Assembly: GCA_963713045.1 (NCBI GenBank)
Contig: CAVQKE010000006.1
Span: 64,001 to 128,000 of the forward strand
Length of the DNA: 64,000 bases
DNA from: an uncultured delta proteobacterium
GTDB taxonomy: Bacteria > Myxococcota > Myxococcia > Myxococcales > Myxococcaceae
Direction of reading: 5' to 3'
Shown here piece by piece: positions 10,158 through 20,699 of this stretch (within the stretch, counting starts at the first letter, position 1; each line of letters opens with the position of its first letter). Position numbers and translations under genes: made by a program. The notes under the pieces are model-generated. The model had not been told where the DNA came from. It searched no databases and saw only the letters and a list, made by a program, of their open reading frames with translations.

Positions 10158-11573
10158 ATGAAACCGAAGGAAGTTTTGGGGCTGGCCAAGGAGCGGGGCG
10201 CAGTCATGGTCGACCTCAAGTTCATGGATTTCGTGGGCACCTGGCAGCACTTCACCGTGCCGCTCCACGAGTTGAAGGAGGAGATTTTCGAGGAGGGGCT
10301 GGGCTTCGATGGCTCCTCCATCCGCGGCTGGGCGGAGATTCATGCCTCCGACATGCTGGTGATGCCGGACCCCGCCACGGCGGTGATGGACCCCTTCACC
10401 AAAGACGCGACGTTGAGTCTCATCTGCACCATCGTCGACCCCATCACCAAGGAGGCCTACGGGCGCGACCCGCGCAACATCGCCCTCAAAGCCGAGAAGT
10501 ACTTAAAGAGCACCGGCATCGCCGACACCGCCTACTTCGGGCCGGAAGCGGAATTCTTCGTCTTCGATTCGGTGCGCTTCGACAACCGGGTGAATGGCGC
10601 CTTTTACGAAATTGGCTCGAGCGAAGGGGCGTGGAGCACCGGCCGGGAGGAGGAGGGCGGTAACCGCGGCTACAAAATCCGGCACAAGGAAGGCTATTTC
10701 CCGGTGTCGCCGCTGGACAGCCAGAACGACATCCGCACCGAGATGTGCCTCACCCTGGCGGCGGTGGGCATCGAAGTGGAGCGACAGCACCACGAGGTGG
10801 CCACCGCGGGTCAAGCCGAAATCGACTTCCGCTTCGACACGCTGGTGAAGTGCGCCGACCACCTCAGTTGGTTCAAACACATCGTGAAGAATGTCGCCTG
10901 GCGAAACGGCAAGACGGCGACCTTCATGCCCAAGCCACTGTTTGGCGACAACGGTAGCGGGATGCACACCCACCAGTCGCTGTGGAAGAACGGCAAGCCG
11001 CTTTTCGCTGGCGACGGCTACGCCGGGCTTTCGGAAATGGCGCTGCACTACATCGGAGGCGTTTTGAAGCACGCCCGCGCCCTGGCTGCGCTGTGCAACC
11101 CCACCACCAACAGTTACAAGCGGCTGGTGCCCGGCTTCGAAGCGCCGGTGAATTTGGCTTACAGCAGCCGCAACCGCAGCGCTTCCATCCGCATCCCGAT
11201 GTACAGCCCGAGTCCGAAGGCGAAACGCCTTGAATTTCGCAGCCCGGACCCGTCCTGCAACCCCTACCTGGCCTTCGCCGCGCAGCTGATGGCAGGACTC
11301 GACGGCGTGGAAAACAAAATCGACCCCGGAGACCCGTTGGACAAGGACATTTACGGGCTGACGCCGGAGGAATTGAAGGACGTCCCGAAGATGCCGGGGA
11401 GTCTCGAAGAGGCGCTCGACTGCCTGCGGAAGGACCACAAATTCCTCCTCAAGGGCGACGTCTTCAGCACCGACGTGATTGAGACGTGGATTCATCTCAA
11501 GACAGAACGCGAGCTGAATGCGGTGCGGCTGCGGCCGCACCCGATGGAGTTCGCGCTCTATTTCGACATTTAG
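10158..11573 (+). CDS. glnA: type I glutamine synthetase
   Basis: [50 protein letters not shown], and the adenylylation site DKDIY. AGGAGG RBS. Confidence 0.98.
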   Translation: MKPKEVLGLAKERGAVMVDLKFMDFVGTWQHFTVPLHELKEEIFEEGLGFDGSSIRGWAEIHASDMLVMPDPATAVMDPFTKDATLSLICTIVDPITKEAYGRDPRNIALKAEKYLKSTGIADTAYFGPEAEFFVFDSVRFDNRVNGAFYEIGSSEGAWSTGREEEGGNRGYKIRHKEGYFPVSPLDSQNDIRTEMCLTLAAVGIEVERQHHEVATAGQAEIDFRFDTLVKCADHLSWFKHIVKNVAWRNGKTATFMPKPLFGDNGSGMHTHQSLWKNGKPLFAGDGYAGLSEMALHYIGGVLKHARALAALCNPTTNSYKRLVPGFEAPVNLAYSSRNRSASIRIPMYSPSPKAKRLEFRSPDPSCNPYLAFAAQLMAGLDGVENKIDPGDPLDKDIYGLTPEELKDVPKMPGSLEEALDCLRKDHKFLLKGDVFSTDVIETWIHLKTERELNAVRLRPHPMEFALYFDI

Positions 11574-11584
11574 TCCCCCCGGGG

Positions 11585-11648
11585 CCCCAGGCCCGAGCGA
11601 AGGGGCGCCGGGCCGATGGCGCTCCGGCCCAGGGCCTGCAGCCTGGGG
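11585..11648. terminator. nested GC stem-loop between convergent glnA and the K+ channel gene
   Basis: CCCCAGGC...GCCTGGGG outer stem with an inner GGGCCG/CGGCCC stem. No U-tract. Confidence 0.35.
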
Positions 11649-11659
11649 TGGCGGCTCCC

Positions 11660-12625
11660 CTAGGCCACTCCACTGGCGCTGTCAGCGGCGGGGGGCTTGC
11701 CTTGCGCCGCTGGCAACGGCTCGACGTCCTGAAACTTGGAGTAGTCCACCTGACGTCGTCCGTCGGGAAGCATGCGCAACACGTCCACGAAGCGGTAACC
11801 CCAATAGATTTCGTCGGCGATGTAGCTGTGCCGGGCGTGGATGTTCTGCGACAGCGTGGCGTCAAAGCCGGTGAAGCTGACCAGCACTTCCGCCTGCTGC
11901 TCCCGCAGCTGAGCGGCCGTCATGCCGTACAGCGGGCTTTGTTGGGTGATGGTGTGCATCGCCGTCCAGGTGAGGATGAAGGCACTCGACTGGTTGCGTA
12001 ACAGCGGCAAGTCCATCATCCGCCGCAGCCGTTCCCCCTCCAGGGTGGTCTCCATCGCCATCAACGTCACCCGCAGCTGCGCCTCGGCAATGTGGTTGGC
12101 CCGCTCATTGGCCACCCGAAACATCAGCGTCGGGGTGCCATTGCGCGGAGCCACCACCGCCAGGTCGCTGAAGACGACGCGGGCTTGAGGCCGGCTGAAT
12201 TTCGCGAAGACGAGGCCGGTCACCACCGCCACCCCAAGCAGGCTGAGCATCGCTTCCACGGTGACCAGGGCGTGGGCGGTGTTGGACTGCGGCGTCATTT
12301 CCCCGTAGCCAATGGTGCCCATGGTTTCCACGCTGAAGAAGAAGCCGTCCAAGAAGCTGCCCGGCCGCGCGTTGGCCACTCCCCCCAGCAGCGCGTAGAG
12401 GCCACCGAAGAGGGCATTGGTGCCGAGGAAGGCCGCCACGAAAGCCGTCAGCAACATCGGCCAGCTGGTGGCCAAAAGGAAGTAGTAGAAGTCGTGCATC
12501 AAATCCGCTCGGCGGCCAATAATCTCGGTCGACTTCCAAACCGGCTCGCCCCGGCGGGGAAAGAGGCGGGGCTGAGAGAACCGGGGCGAAGCGGACGGTT
12601 TGGCGGCTGGCGTTTCGGCGCTCAT
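11660..12625 (-). CDS. inward-rectifier potassium channel (KirBac)
   Basis: Selectivity filter FFSVETMGTIGYGEMTP, FAKFSRP, PTLMFRVANER. Confidence 0.92.
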   Translation of the reverse strand: MSAETPAAKPSASPRFSQPRLFPRRGEPVWKSTEIIGRRADLMHDFYYFLLATSWPMLLTAFVAAFLGTNALFGGLYALLGGVANARPGSFLDGFFFSVETMGTIGYGEMTPQSNTAHALVTVEAMLSLLGVAVVTGLVFAKFSRPQARVVFSDLAVVAPRNGTPTLMFRVANERANHIAEAQLRVTLMAMETTLEGERLRRMMDLPLLRNQSSAFILTWTAMHTITQQSPLYGMTAAQLREQQAEVLVSFTGFDATLSQNIHARHSYIADEIYWGYRFVDVLRMLPDGRRQVDYSKFQDVEPLPAAQGKPPAADSASGVA

Positions 12626-12638
12626 GAGCTGCTCCTTA

Positions 12639-13373
12639 CTAGCAGCCGAGCACCTCTCGCAGCAGCGGCGTTCCATCCACCCAGGGTGAGGTGCAGGGGG
12701 GGCCCTCGGTGAAGGCGCAGCGGCTCCTGGCGCATTCCGCCGGCAGCTCCAAGACGAAGGACGAGCGCGTCCCGTAGCCAAGTTCAGCCGCGTGAATGCA
12801 CATGCCGTCGCGTCGGTTCTCCTCGCCGTGTCCGCGGAGGACGTCGGCCCAGGCCTCCAGCGGCACCGGCCCGTGGGCGAGCACCGCTTTGGCCCGTGCC
12901 ACCCGCGCGCTGTCGTCACCGGCGCCCAGGCTACTCTCGGTGAGGACGTGCAGCCCGGGCGCCAGCCACCGCTGCTCGACGCGCCGTCCGTCAGAAGACG
13001 TCAGTCCCGCCCGGCCCGCCGCATCCGCGTACAACAGGTGAAAGGGGTTGTAGTCCCTTGGCCCCAGGCTTTGCAGCTGCTGGTGCAGCACCGGAACCGA
13101 CTGACTGCGAAGCGCCTTCAGCACCAGCTGGCCGCGGGAGGCCCGGCTGGCGTCCAACTCGGCGCCGTGGCGGTTGGTAATGCCGACGAAGAGGCCGTGG
13201 GCGTTGACGCCCAGCCAGCTGCCGTGGGCCAACTCGTCACGGGGGGCCAGGACGGTCGGCACCCCCGGCCAAATCCGCGGCGGAGAGGCAGCGCGGGCGA
13301 GGAATTCGTCGCGGTTGGCTGCCACTTGAAGCGCGCCGCCCGACTGAGGGACCAGGGCCAGAAGGGTACACAC
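12639..13373 (-). CDS. NRDE/TANGO2-family protein
   Basis: Begins (M)CTL..AANRDEFLAR, then SRGQLV, YNPFHL, YGTRSS. GTG start at 13373. Confidence 0.88.
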   Translation of the reverse strand: MCTLLALVPQSGGALQVAANRDEFLARAASPPRIWPGVPTVLAPRDELAHGSWLGVNAHGLFVGITNRHGAELDASRASRGQLVLKALRSQSVPVLHQQLQSLGPRDYNPFHLLYADAAGRAGLTSSDGRRVEQRWLAPGLHVLTESSLGAGDDSARVARAKAVLAHGPVPLEAWADVLRGHGEENRRDGMCIHAAELGYGTRSSFVLELPAECARSRCAFTEGPPCTSPWVDGTPLLREVLGC

Positions 13374-13530
13374 GGGCCTTCCTCTAATCCCGAAAGGGGG
13401 CCGGGGCCTCGCCCTCGGCTGCCGCAGCCGTTGGCCGGCCCCAGGAGGGGACTGGAGCCCTTCAGGCAGCGTCCAGGCGACGTCCAGGCGCCCTGGGGTG
13501 AATGCAGGGACGCCCGCCGGGGCCTCCCCT

Positions 13531-14181
13531 TCATCCCCACAGCATCTCGCGCAGCTTCTGGTGGGCCCGGCCGGCGTGCCGGATGCCGTCGCGGAGTGCG
13601 GCCGCAGCGTCCTCCAACTCCACTTCTGGGTGGCAAGCCGCCACCGTCTCCACGTCATCGCTGGCGATGCCCAGCACGTGCAGTGCTTGGGACAACGGCT
13701 GCTCCACGTCTGCGGACAGGGACTTGGGGGCATCCGCCCCGCCCAGGCGCATTTCCAAGAGGCGCACGCGCGTCAACTCCTCCGTCATGTAGGCGAAGCG
13801 CGGTGGGCCAGCCACCGGGAAGGGCAGCGGCGTGGCCGTGGTGCGGAAACTCCGCAGGCCCCGCGGCGTGTTCACCTCCCACTCCAGCACCGCCGGTCCG
13901 CCGCGCCTCAGCGCTTCCTCTGCCAGGCCTGCCAGTTGGACACAGGCATCGGCTGGAACTCCCAGTTCGCGCCCCCGGCGGCCCCGGGCTTCACTCATCT
14001 TGCAGCCCAGCCGCGAGGCGGTGGCGGGATTCAGCGCCAAGTAGCGCAGGTCGTCTCCCAGCCATTCCACCACGCCGACGCCGAGTGGGGTTTGGTTGAA
14101 GAGGAGATTGTACAGCGGGTCTTCTGACTCGACGGCGCAACGCAGCAGAGCGGCTTCAATCGGTGTAGCGGTGTGCGACAT
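13531..14181 (-). CDS. PAS-domain protein with a degenerate DHp-like C-terminus
   Basis: PAS-like segment (LFNQTPLGVGVV..RYLALNPAT..GRRGRELG). The C-terminus resembles HisKA without the His. Confidence 0.6.
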   Translation of the reverse strand: MSHTATPIEAALLRCAVESEDPLYNLLFNQTPLGVGVVEWLGDDLRYLALNPATASRLGCKMSEARGRRGRELGVPADACVQLAGLAEEALRRGGPAVLEWEVNTPRGLRSFRTTATPLPFPVAGPPRFAYMTEELTRVRLLEMRLGGADAPKSLSADVEQPLSQALHVLGIASDDVETVAACHPEVELEDAAAALRDGIRHAGRAHQKLREMLWG

Positions 14182-14299
14182 TTCGGCCTTTGACGAAGGA
14201 AGGGGATGACTTCTGGGGCGCGCGCCTGTACGTGGTTCGCCCGAAGATGGCAAACGTGTGACACGCTTGACCTAATGGCGGCGAGTAGCCAGCGCTGCC

Positions 14300-14728
14300 T
14301 CAGCCGGCTGCGGGCGTCAGGACGAGAATGAGGACGCCGTTCGCGTGGGGGCCGGCCTGCAGGTAGACGGAGCCTTCCCGCCCCAGCGTGTAGGTGGTGT
14401 GCAGCGGCGGAAGGGAGACGGAGACCTGGCTCTGGCTCCCCTTCACACTCAACAGGGTGAGGCTGGCGGACTTGTTGTTGGGAAGCTTCACCTCGGCGGC
14501 TTTGCCAAGGACCAGCTGCAGCTGGTCCTTGGACAGCCGGCGGTAGGACGTGTAGCTGATGCCACTCTTGGAGAATTGCTCGCGCATTTTCTCCAGCCCC
14601 GGGTCCACGCCGCCCGCGTCGTTGGAGGCTTGGACGACTTCGGCCACCAGCGAGATGTGACTCTCCGCCAGCGCGGGGAGCGCGCCGAGGGCGCCGGCCA
14701 ACAGTGCGCCTCGCAAGACGCTCCTCAC
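14300..14728 (-). CDS. exported hypothetical protein in the ECF operon
   Basis: Signal peptide (..ALPALA-ES). GTG start overlaps the anti-sigma stop (GTGA). Confidence 0.7.
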   Translation of the reverse strand: MRSVLRGALLAGALGALPALAESHISLVAEVVQASNDAGGVDPGLEKMREQFSKSGISYTSYRRLSKDQLQLVLGKAAEVKLPNNKSASLTLLSVKGSQSQVSVSLPPLHTTYTLGREGSVYLQAGPHANGVLILVLTPAAG

Positions 14729-15309
14729 AGCTCGCCGCCCTTGGGGCGGGGCGGCGCCGGCACCTCCGGCACCGAGGCGTCGGCACCCAGGCTGAGACTG
14801 GGCCGGTCCGGGTGGTCCACCAACCAGATGATGGCATCTCCCCCTTCCGTCTTCAGCAGCACCGGGGCGATGTGGGAGGCCTCGTCGGTGGAGACGTCTT
14901 GCACCGAAGGGTGAACGGCTTCGGCCACCATCGCGGTGGGCGACGGCGCGGGAAGCGCCAGCACTGCCAACAGCGCCGCGGCGGCCAGCCCGAGGCCACC
15001 CCACAGGACGGCCGGGCGGTGCGTCCGCCACTCGGCGAAGCCCACCGACAGCCGCTCGGCCAGCGAAGTGCGGTGCGGCCGCAGGCGCGCCAGGACGGCC
15101 TGGCGGAAGCCGGAGAAGTCCGTCGCCTCGGCCTGGGCCTCATAGCGGCGCCGCAGCAGCTCGCCGACACCCCGCAGCTCCGCCAGCCGCGCCCGACAGG
15201 CCGAACAGCTGGCCAGGTGCCCCTCCAGGGCGACGCGGGCCACGGGCGAAAGCTCCCCGTCGAGGTGCGCGGACAACTCCTGGACGGATGAGCAGTGGGG
15301 AGAAGCCAT
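14725..15309 (-). CDS. zf-HC2 transmembrane anti-sigma factor
   Basis: LSAHLDGELS..HLASCSAC motif and one TM helix, directly downstream of the ECF sigma. Confidence 0.88.
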   Translation of the reverse strand: MASPHCSSVQELSAHLDGELSPVARVALEGHLASCSACRARLAELRGVGELLRRRYEAQAEATDFSGFRQAVLARLRPHRTSLAERLSVGFAEWRTHRPAVLWGGLGLAAAALLAVLALPAPSPTAMVAEAVHPSVQDVSTDEASHIAPVLLKTEGGDAIIWLVDHPDRPSLSLGADASVPEVPAPPRPKGGEL

Positions 15310-15350
15310 GAGAATTCCCTAAGGAAAGGCTGACGAGGGCAGCTGGCCCT

Positions 15351-15995
15351 TTATTCGCGCCGCTGTCCCCCTTTGCGTTTCTCGCTGGCCGACGGCCCGG
15401 CCTCGGGCGCGTCGGCCAGGTAGGCCGCCAGCAGGCGCTGGACTTTCGCCCGGGCATGGAAGAGGCGCGACATGACGGTGCCCTTCGGGATTTCCAAGGT
15501 GCGAGCCAGGTCCTCGTAGGACATTCCTTCCAGCTCGCGCAAGAGAAGGATGGCGCGGTGTTTGTCCGGTAGCTGCGCCAGCGCCTCGTCCAGCTTCTCC
15601 CCCAGCTCCCGGCGCAGGGCAACCTGGGCGGGGCTACTGTCCAGCTGGCTGCCCACGGCGCCGAGGTTGGCCTCGGCCAGGTCCAGCTGCACGCTGTCGT
15701 CATATTCAACGGATTCGCTGCTGCTGGTGCCGCGGCGGCGCAACACGTCGATGCAGGTGTTGGTGGTGATGCGGTACAGCCAGGTGTAGAAGCTCGAGTC
15801 GCCCTTGAAATGGTCAAGGTAGCGGTGCACCTTGACGAAGGCCTCTTGGGAGACGTCCATCGCCTCCTCGGCGTCCTTCACCATCCCCAGCGCCACCGCA
15901 TACACCTTCTTCTGGTAGCGCTCGACGAGCAGGCCGAAGGCCCGCTGGTCGCCGGAACGGGCACGGCGGACGAGCGTGAGGTCGTCGGTCGGCAA
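15351..15995 (-). CDS. ECF RNA polymerase sigma factor (RpoE-like)
   Basis: Region 2 (GDQRAFGLLVERYQ..DVSQEAFVK..SFYTWLYRITTN) and region 4 (EGMSYEDLA..PKGTVMSRLFHAR). Start is TTG 15995 or GTG 16007. Confidence 0.93.
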   Translation of the reverse strand: MPTDDLTLVRRARSGDQRAFGLLVERYQKKVYAVALGMVKDAEEAMDVSQEAFVKVHRYLDHFKGDSSFYTWLYRITTNTCIDVLRRRGTSSSESVEYDDSVQLDLAEANLGAVGSQLDSSPAQVALRRELGEKLDEALAQLPDKHRAILLLRELEGMSYEDLARTLEIPKGTVMSRLFHARAKVQRLLAAYLADAPEAGPSASEKRKGGQRRE

Positions 15996-16008
15996 GGGGG
16001 CCTCCACC

Positions 16009-16947
16009 TTACGGAGGCGAGTCCCGTCCCGTCCAGGTTCCTGCCATGCGTGGTCGCTCGGCCCAAGCGCGGGGGTGGCGCAACACCTCCACCAGCCGCG
16101 CCTCCTCGCTGCCCGGCACCGGCTGGACGTCGTAGCCCCAGCGCACGCGCGGGGGCAGCGAGACGAGGATGCTTTCCACCCGCCCTTGCGTCTGCAGGCC
16201 AAAAAGAGTCCCGCGGTCCTGCACCAGGTTGAATTCGACGTAGCGGCCGCGGCGGAGCTCGGCCCAGGCGCGCTGTGCGTCGGTGTAGGGCAGCGCTTTG
16301 CGCCGGCGGACAATGGGCAAATACGCGGGCAAAAAGGCGCGCGCACAGTCCTGGACGAAGCCAAATTCCTTCTCGGGCTCCCGGCCCGTGTCCTCGAAGA
16401 AGACCCCGCCGACGCCCCGGGCCTCCTCCCGGTGGGGAAGCCAGAAGTAGCGGTCACAGGCGGCCTTGAAGCGCGCGTAGGAGCCAACTTCGTGCCGCTC
16501 GCAGACGTCCCGCAGCGTCTGGTGGAAGTGGGCCGCGTCCTCGTCGAAGAGGTAATGGGGGGTGAGGTCCGTGCCGCCCCCAAACCAGGCCTTCGCCCCC
16601 TGTTGGATGAAGCGAAAGTTGGCGTGAACGGTGGGGACCAGCGGGTTGCGCGGATGCAGAATGAGGCTGAGCCCGCTGGCGAAAAACTCGCGCCCCTGTC
16701 CCCCCAGCTTCAGGGCGAAGGCCTCGCTGAGCTCTCCCCACACCCCCGAGACGTTGACGCCTCCCTTCTCAAAGACGCGGCCCTCCTCGAGGACACGGGT
16801 CCGTCCCCCGCCGCCCCCGGCCCGCTCCCAGCGGTCGTCCCCGAAGCGCCCTTCCCCGTCTTCAGCCTCCAGCGCCCGGCACAACTCCTCCTGCAGGCCC
16901 TCCACGAAGGCCTGCATCCGCGGACCAAGCTCATTCAGCGTCTTCAC
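16009..16947 (-). CDS. hemF: oxygen-dependent coproporphyrinogen III oxidase
   Basis: FEKGGVNVS, HPRNPLVPTVHANFR, WFGGGTDLTP, RRGRYVEFNL..DRGTLFGLQT. Confidence 0.97.
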   Translation of the reverse strand: MKTLNELGPRMQAFVEGLQEELCRALEAEDGEGRFGDDRWERAGGGGGRTRVLEEGRVFEKGGVNVSGVWGELSEAFALKLGGQGREFFASGLSLILHPRNPLVPTVHANFRFIQQGAKAWFGGGTDLTPHYLFDEDAAHFHQTLRDVCERHEVGSYARFKAACDRYFWLPHREEARGVGGVFFEDTGREPEKEFGFVQDCARAFLPAYLPIVRRRKALPYTDAQRAWAELRRGRYVEFNLVQDRGTLFGLQTQGRVESILVSLPPRVRWGYDVQPVPGSEEARLVEVLRHPRAWAERPRMAGTWTGRDSPP

Positions 16948-16988
16948 CGTGGGGAGGCCCTTTGCCGCAAGGGAGTTGAAGGCCCTTT

Positions 16989-17276
16989 TTAGTGCACCGG
17001 GAGGTCCGGGCCCTGGGTCTCCACGGCGCCGAAGCGCGCCTCGTACTTCTGGAGGTTCTCCGAGATGGCCGCCAGCAGGCGCTTCAGGTGGCGCGGGCTG
17101 GTGATGATTCTGGCCCGCACCGCCGCCTTCGGCTGCTGCGGCTGGACGTAGATGAAGTCGAGCGTGAATTCGGAGTCGGTGTGGTTGACCAAGGCCAAGT
17201 TTGCATAGAGGCCTTGGGCCACCGTCTCATCAATCTGGATCTGCAACGCAGTCTCGGGCACCTTGAGCTCGCTCAT
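16989..17276 (-). CDS. DUF3467-family protein
   Basis: GLYANLALVNHTDSEFTLDF..VRARIITSPRHLKRL..YEARFG. Confidence 0.88.
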   Translation of the reverse strand: MSELKVPETALQIQIDETVAQGLYANLALVNHTDSEFTLDFIYVQPQQPKAAVRARIITSPRHLKRLLAAISENLQKYEARFGAVETQGPDLPVH

Positions 17277-18135
17277 GGCCTCCGTGCATACCCCTGCGGT
17301 GGGCGCCGGTGCCAGAGGGGGACCGGCGGACCTCCCCGCCTTGGACCCCGCCGCGACCGCCCCCTTTGAATTGGGAGTTGGGCCGGGGGGCTGCCTGCTG
17401 TTGCACGGCTTTACCGGGACGCCCTGGGACGTGCGGCCCCTGGGTGAGGCGCTCGCCGCGGGCGGTTTCCGCGTCCGCGGGATGCGCCTTCCCGGCCACG
17501 GCACCACGCCTCGGGCGATGCTGGACGCCGGCGTGGACGACTGGCTGGACGCCTGCGAGGAGGGGCTGGCCGGCTTTCGCGAGCCGCGGGTGGCGGTGGT
17601 TGGCCTCTCCATGGGGGCCCTGTTGGCGGTGGTGCTCGGCGCCCGCCACCCAGACCGCGTCCAAGCGGTGGTGGGATTGGCCCCGGCGGTCCGCTTCAAG
17701 GACCCGCTGATGCGCGGACTGCGTCTGGCGCCAGCCATCACCCTGGCGGTGGCAGCGCGTCTTCACCCCTGGGTGCACAAGTCGAGTACCGACTTGGTCG
17801 ACCTGGAGGCCCGCGCCGCCGCGCCGGTGCTGCCGGCCTGGCCGCTCAGCAGGCTTCGCGACCTGTGGACGGTGCAGGATTTGGCCTGGCGCAGTGCACC
17901 GAAGGTGCGGGCACCGGTGCTGCTCGCCGTCGCCCAGCACGACCGGGTGGTGGACGTCGGTGGCGCGCGAGCGCTGGCGCGGCGGCTGAGGCACGCGGCC
18001 AGCGTCCGTTTCATTCAGCTCGACCGCGGTGCGCACATCATGCCGCGCGACCAGGGGCGTCAGCTGTTGCAGCAGGAAGTGCTGGCCTTCCTCCGTCGCG
18101 CGCGCACGCTCGATAGCGGCGCGCCGACGGTATAG
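17275..18135 (+). CDS. carboxylesterase/monoglyceride lipase (alpha/beta hydrolase)
   Basis: LLHGFTG, nucleophile motif GLSMG, DRVV and GAH. The true start may be a downstream GTG. Confidence 0.85.
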   Translation: MASVHTPAVGAGARGGPADLPALDPAATAPFELGVGPGGCLLLHGFTGTPWDVRPLGEALAAGGFRVRGMRLPGHGTTPRAMLDAGVDDWLDACEEGLAGFREPRVAVVGLSMGALLAVVLGARHPDRVQAVVGLAPAVRFKDPLMRGLRLAPAITLAVAARLHPWVHKSSTDLVDLEARAAAPVLPAWPLSRLRDLWTVQDLAWRSAPKVRAPVLLAVAQHDRVVDVGGARALARRLRHAASVRFIQLDRGAHIMPRDQGRQLLQQEVLAFLRRARTLDSGAPTV

Positions 18136-18187
18136 GTTCGCTCGGGGCAGCCGGCACCCCCCTCCGGGGGAGCGTGAAGGAGCAAGC

Positions 18188-19672
18188 ATGGCCAAGCGGC
18201 GCTACATCCTCGCCGTCGACCAGGGCACCACCGGCACCCACGTCACCGTGCTGGACGACCGGCTGAAAATCGCCGGGCAGTCGTACCGCGAGTTTCCTCA
18301 GGCCTTCCCCCAACCGGGTTGGGTGGAGCACGACCTCGAAGCCATTTGGCATTCCGTCGAGCGCTGCGTCGGCAAGGGACTGAAGGACGCTGGGATTGAC
18401 CCCTCTTGGGTGTCGGCCATCGGCATCACCAACCAACGCGAAACCACCGGGCTTTGGCGCCGGGACAACGGCAAGCCGGTGCACCGGGCCATTGTCTGGC
18501 AGGACCGCCGGACGGCGGACGTCTGCGCCGCGCTGAAGGCCCGCGGGGAGGAGCCGATGGTCCGCGAGAAAACGGGCCTGGTGCTGGACCCCTACTTCAG
18601 CGCCACCAAGCTGGCCTGGCTTTTGGACAACGTGGACGGGGCGCGCGCCCGGGCTCAGGCCGGCGAGCTGTGCTTCGGCACCATCGACACCTGGCTGGTG
18701 TGGCGCTTCACCGGTGGCGCGGTCCACGTCACCGACGCGTCCAACGCCAGCCGGACGCTGCTGTACGACATTCACAGCAACCAATGGGATGACGGACTGT
18801 GCGCCCTGTTTGACGTGCCCCGCTCCGTCCTTCCGGAAGTGAAAAGCTCGGCCGAAGTGTACGGCCTGACCAAGGGGTCGGCCGTGCTTCCGGACGGCAT
18901 TCCGGTGTGCGGCATGGCCGGCGACCAGCAGGCGGCACTCTTCGGCCAGGCGTGCTTCCAACCGGGTGAGGCCAAGTGCACCTATGGCACCGGGGCCTTC
19001 CTCCTGATGAATACCGGCCCGGTGCCGGTGGCCAGCAACCATGGGCTGCTCACCACCGTGGCCTGGCGACTGGGAGGACTCACCACCTATGCGCTGGAGG
19101 GCTCAAGCTTCGTCGCCGGGGCCGCCGTGCAGTGGCTTCGCGATGGCCTCGGCCTCATCCGCAAAGCACGCAAAGTGGAAGAGCTCGCTCGCCAGGTGCC
19201 GGACACCGGTGGCGTCACCTTCGTCCCGGCGCTGGCCGGCCTGGGCGCGCCGCAGTGGCGCCCCGAAGCCCGGGCGCTGCTGATGGGAATGGACCGCGGA
19301 ACCACCGCGGCCCACGTGGCACGCGCGGTGCTGGAGGGGATTGCCCTTCAAACTGCGGATTTGGCCGAGGCGATGCGCAAGGACAGTGGCCATGCCATCC
19401 CGCTGTTTAAGGTGGACGGCGGCGCCGCTGGGAACGACTTGCTGATGCAGCTGCAGGCCGACATTCTGGACGTCCCGGTGGTGCGGCCGCGCAACCTGGA
19501 AACCACCTCGCTCGGGGCGGCCCTGCTCGCCGGCCTGGGCTCCGGCCATTGGAATACCCTGGAGGAAATCCGCAGCGCCTGGAAGGCAGAGCGGACCTTC
19601 AAGCCGAAAACCACGCCCGAGGCGCGTGCCGAGGCGATGGCTCGCTGGAGGCGAGCGGTGGAGCGCGCCTAA
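18188..19672 (+). CDS. glpK: glycerol kinase
   Basis: [43 protein letters not shown]. Confidence 0.97.
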   Translation: MAKRRYILAVDQGTTGTHVTVLDDRLKIAGQSYREFPQAFPQPGWVEHDLEAIWHSVERCVGKGLKDAGIDPSWVSAIGITNQRETTGLWRRDNGKPVHRAIVWQDRRTADVCAALKARGEEPMVREKTGLVLDPYFSATKLAWLLDNVDGARARAQAGELCFGTIDTWLVWRFTGGAVHVTDASNASRTLLYDIHSNQWDDGLCALFDVPRSVLPEVKSSAEVYGLTKGSAVLPDGIPVCGMAGDQQAALFGQACFQPGEAKCTYGTGAFLLMNTGPVPVASNHGLLTTVAWRLGGLTTYALEGSSFVAGAAVQWLRDGLGLIRKARKVEELARQVPDTGGVTFVPALAGLGAPQWRPEARALLMGMDRGTTAAHVARAVLEGIALQTADLAEAMRKDSGHAIPLFKVDGGAAGNDLLMQLQADILDVPVVRPRNLETTSLGAALLAGLGSGHWNTLEEIRSAWKAERTFKPKTTPEARAEAMARWRRAVERA

Positions 19673-19689
19673 AAAGGGGGAAAGGACAG

Positions 19690-19980
19690 ATGGCCCGGGA
19701 CAAGACAAAACTCTCCGACGCCGAGGTGCAGGCCTTTCTGGCGCAGTCGCCCGGCTGGGGGTTGGAAGCCGGCATGCTGAAAAAGACGTACGCCTTCTCG
19801 GACTTCCGCGCGGCGATGGCCTTCGTCAACCGCGTCGCCGACGCGGCCGAAGCGGCGGACCACCACCCGGACATCGACATTCGCTACGCCAAGGTGACGC
19901 TGGCCCTTTTTACCCACGACGCCCAGGGCCTCACCGCCCGGGACACCGCCTTGGCTGCGCAGCTGGAGCGGTTCGCCTAA
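19690..19980 (+). CDS. pterin-4-alpha-carbinolamine dehydratase
   Basis: F..AMAFVN.VA..AE..DHHPDIDI.Y..V..THD..GLT..D. Confidence 0.93.
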   Translation: MARDKTKLSDAEVQAFLAQSPGWGLEAGMLKKTYAFSDFRAAMAFVNRVADAAEAADHHPDIDIRYAKVTLALFTHDAQGLTARDTALAAQLERFA

Positions 19981-19998
19981 ACGGCGCCGGCCGGCCAT

Positions 19999-20601
19999 TC
20001 ACACCAGCTGCGCCACCACCAGGCACAGACAGGGCAGGCCAGGCAGCGCAGTCAACGCATGCTGGCTACCGGCCGGCATGGTGAGGGACTCGCCCGGCCA
20101 AACCTCATGGCCCAGGCTGTCGCCAAAGCCACCCTCCAGCACCAGCGTCTCCTCGGGGGCCGCATGCCCGTGCATCCCAAGCCCGGCGCCAGGCTGAATG
20201 CGGCACAGCGTCGCGAGCGCCTGCGCCAGCCGTGGCCCGGTGGGCACGGCGCGGACAGAAACGCCCTCGGTGGCCAGCCAGCCCTCGGGGTTGTCCACCC
20301 CGCTGAGGAGGGTGCGCGCGGCGGACTCCTCAATGTCCAGCAGGGCAGCCGCCTTCAAGACGAAGCGCTCCAGCCGCCTGGGCCCCGTCATCTCCGCCCG
20401 CACGGCGGCCAGGACGCGGTCCGGCGCTGGGGCCGGCGCTTCCTCGGACAGCAGCTCCATCGACGCGGCCAGAAGCCTGGCCGACGCCGCGGCGCAGCTG
20501 GAACACGTCTCCAGGTGCGCCCGCACCTCTGCCGGCAGCGGCGCATCCGGGCGCAGTGCGTGGAGAACCAGAGCGTCTTTCGGGTGGGGGGAGGCCGCCA
20601 T
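19999..20601 (-). CDS. ChrR-like anti-sigma/cupin protein
   Basis: N-terminal HLETCSSC (ZAS-like) and C-terminal cupin HGH..EETLVLEGGF.DS..H. Confidence 0.75.
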   Translation of the reverse strand: MAASPHPKDALVLHALRPDAPLPAEVRAHLETCSSCAAASARLLAASMELLSEEAPAPAPDRVLAAVRAEMTGPRRLERFVLKAAALLDIEESAARTLLSGVDNPEGWLATEGVSVRAVPTGPRLAQALATLCRIQPGAGLGMHGHAAPEETLVLEGGFGDSLGHEVWPGESLTMPAGSQHALTALPGLPCLCLVVAQLV

Positions 20602-20699
20602 GTGCAAGTCGACGAAACGGGTACGTGTCTGCTGGGCCCGGTGGATGGGTGGCCCCTTCCCGCCCCCGCGCGGGGTCGGCCCCAGCCCGCACCTTCCTC

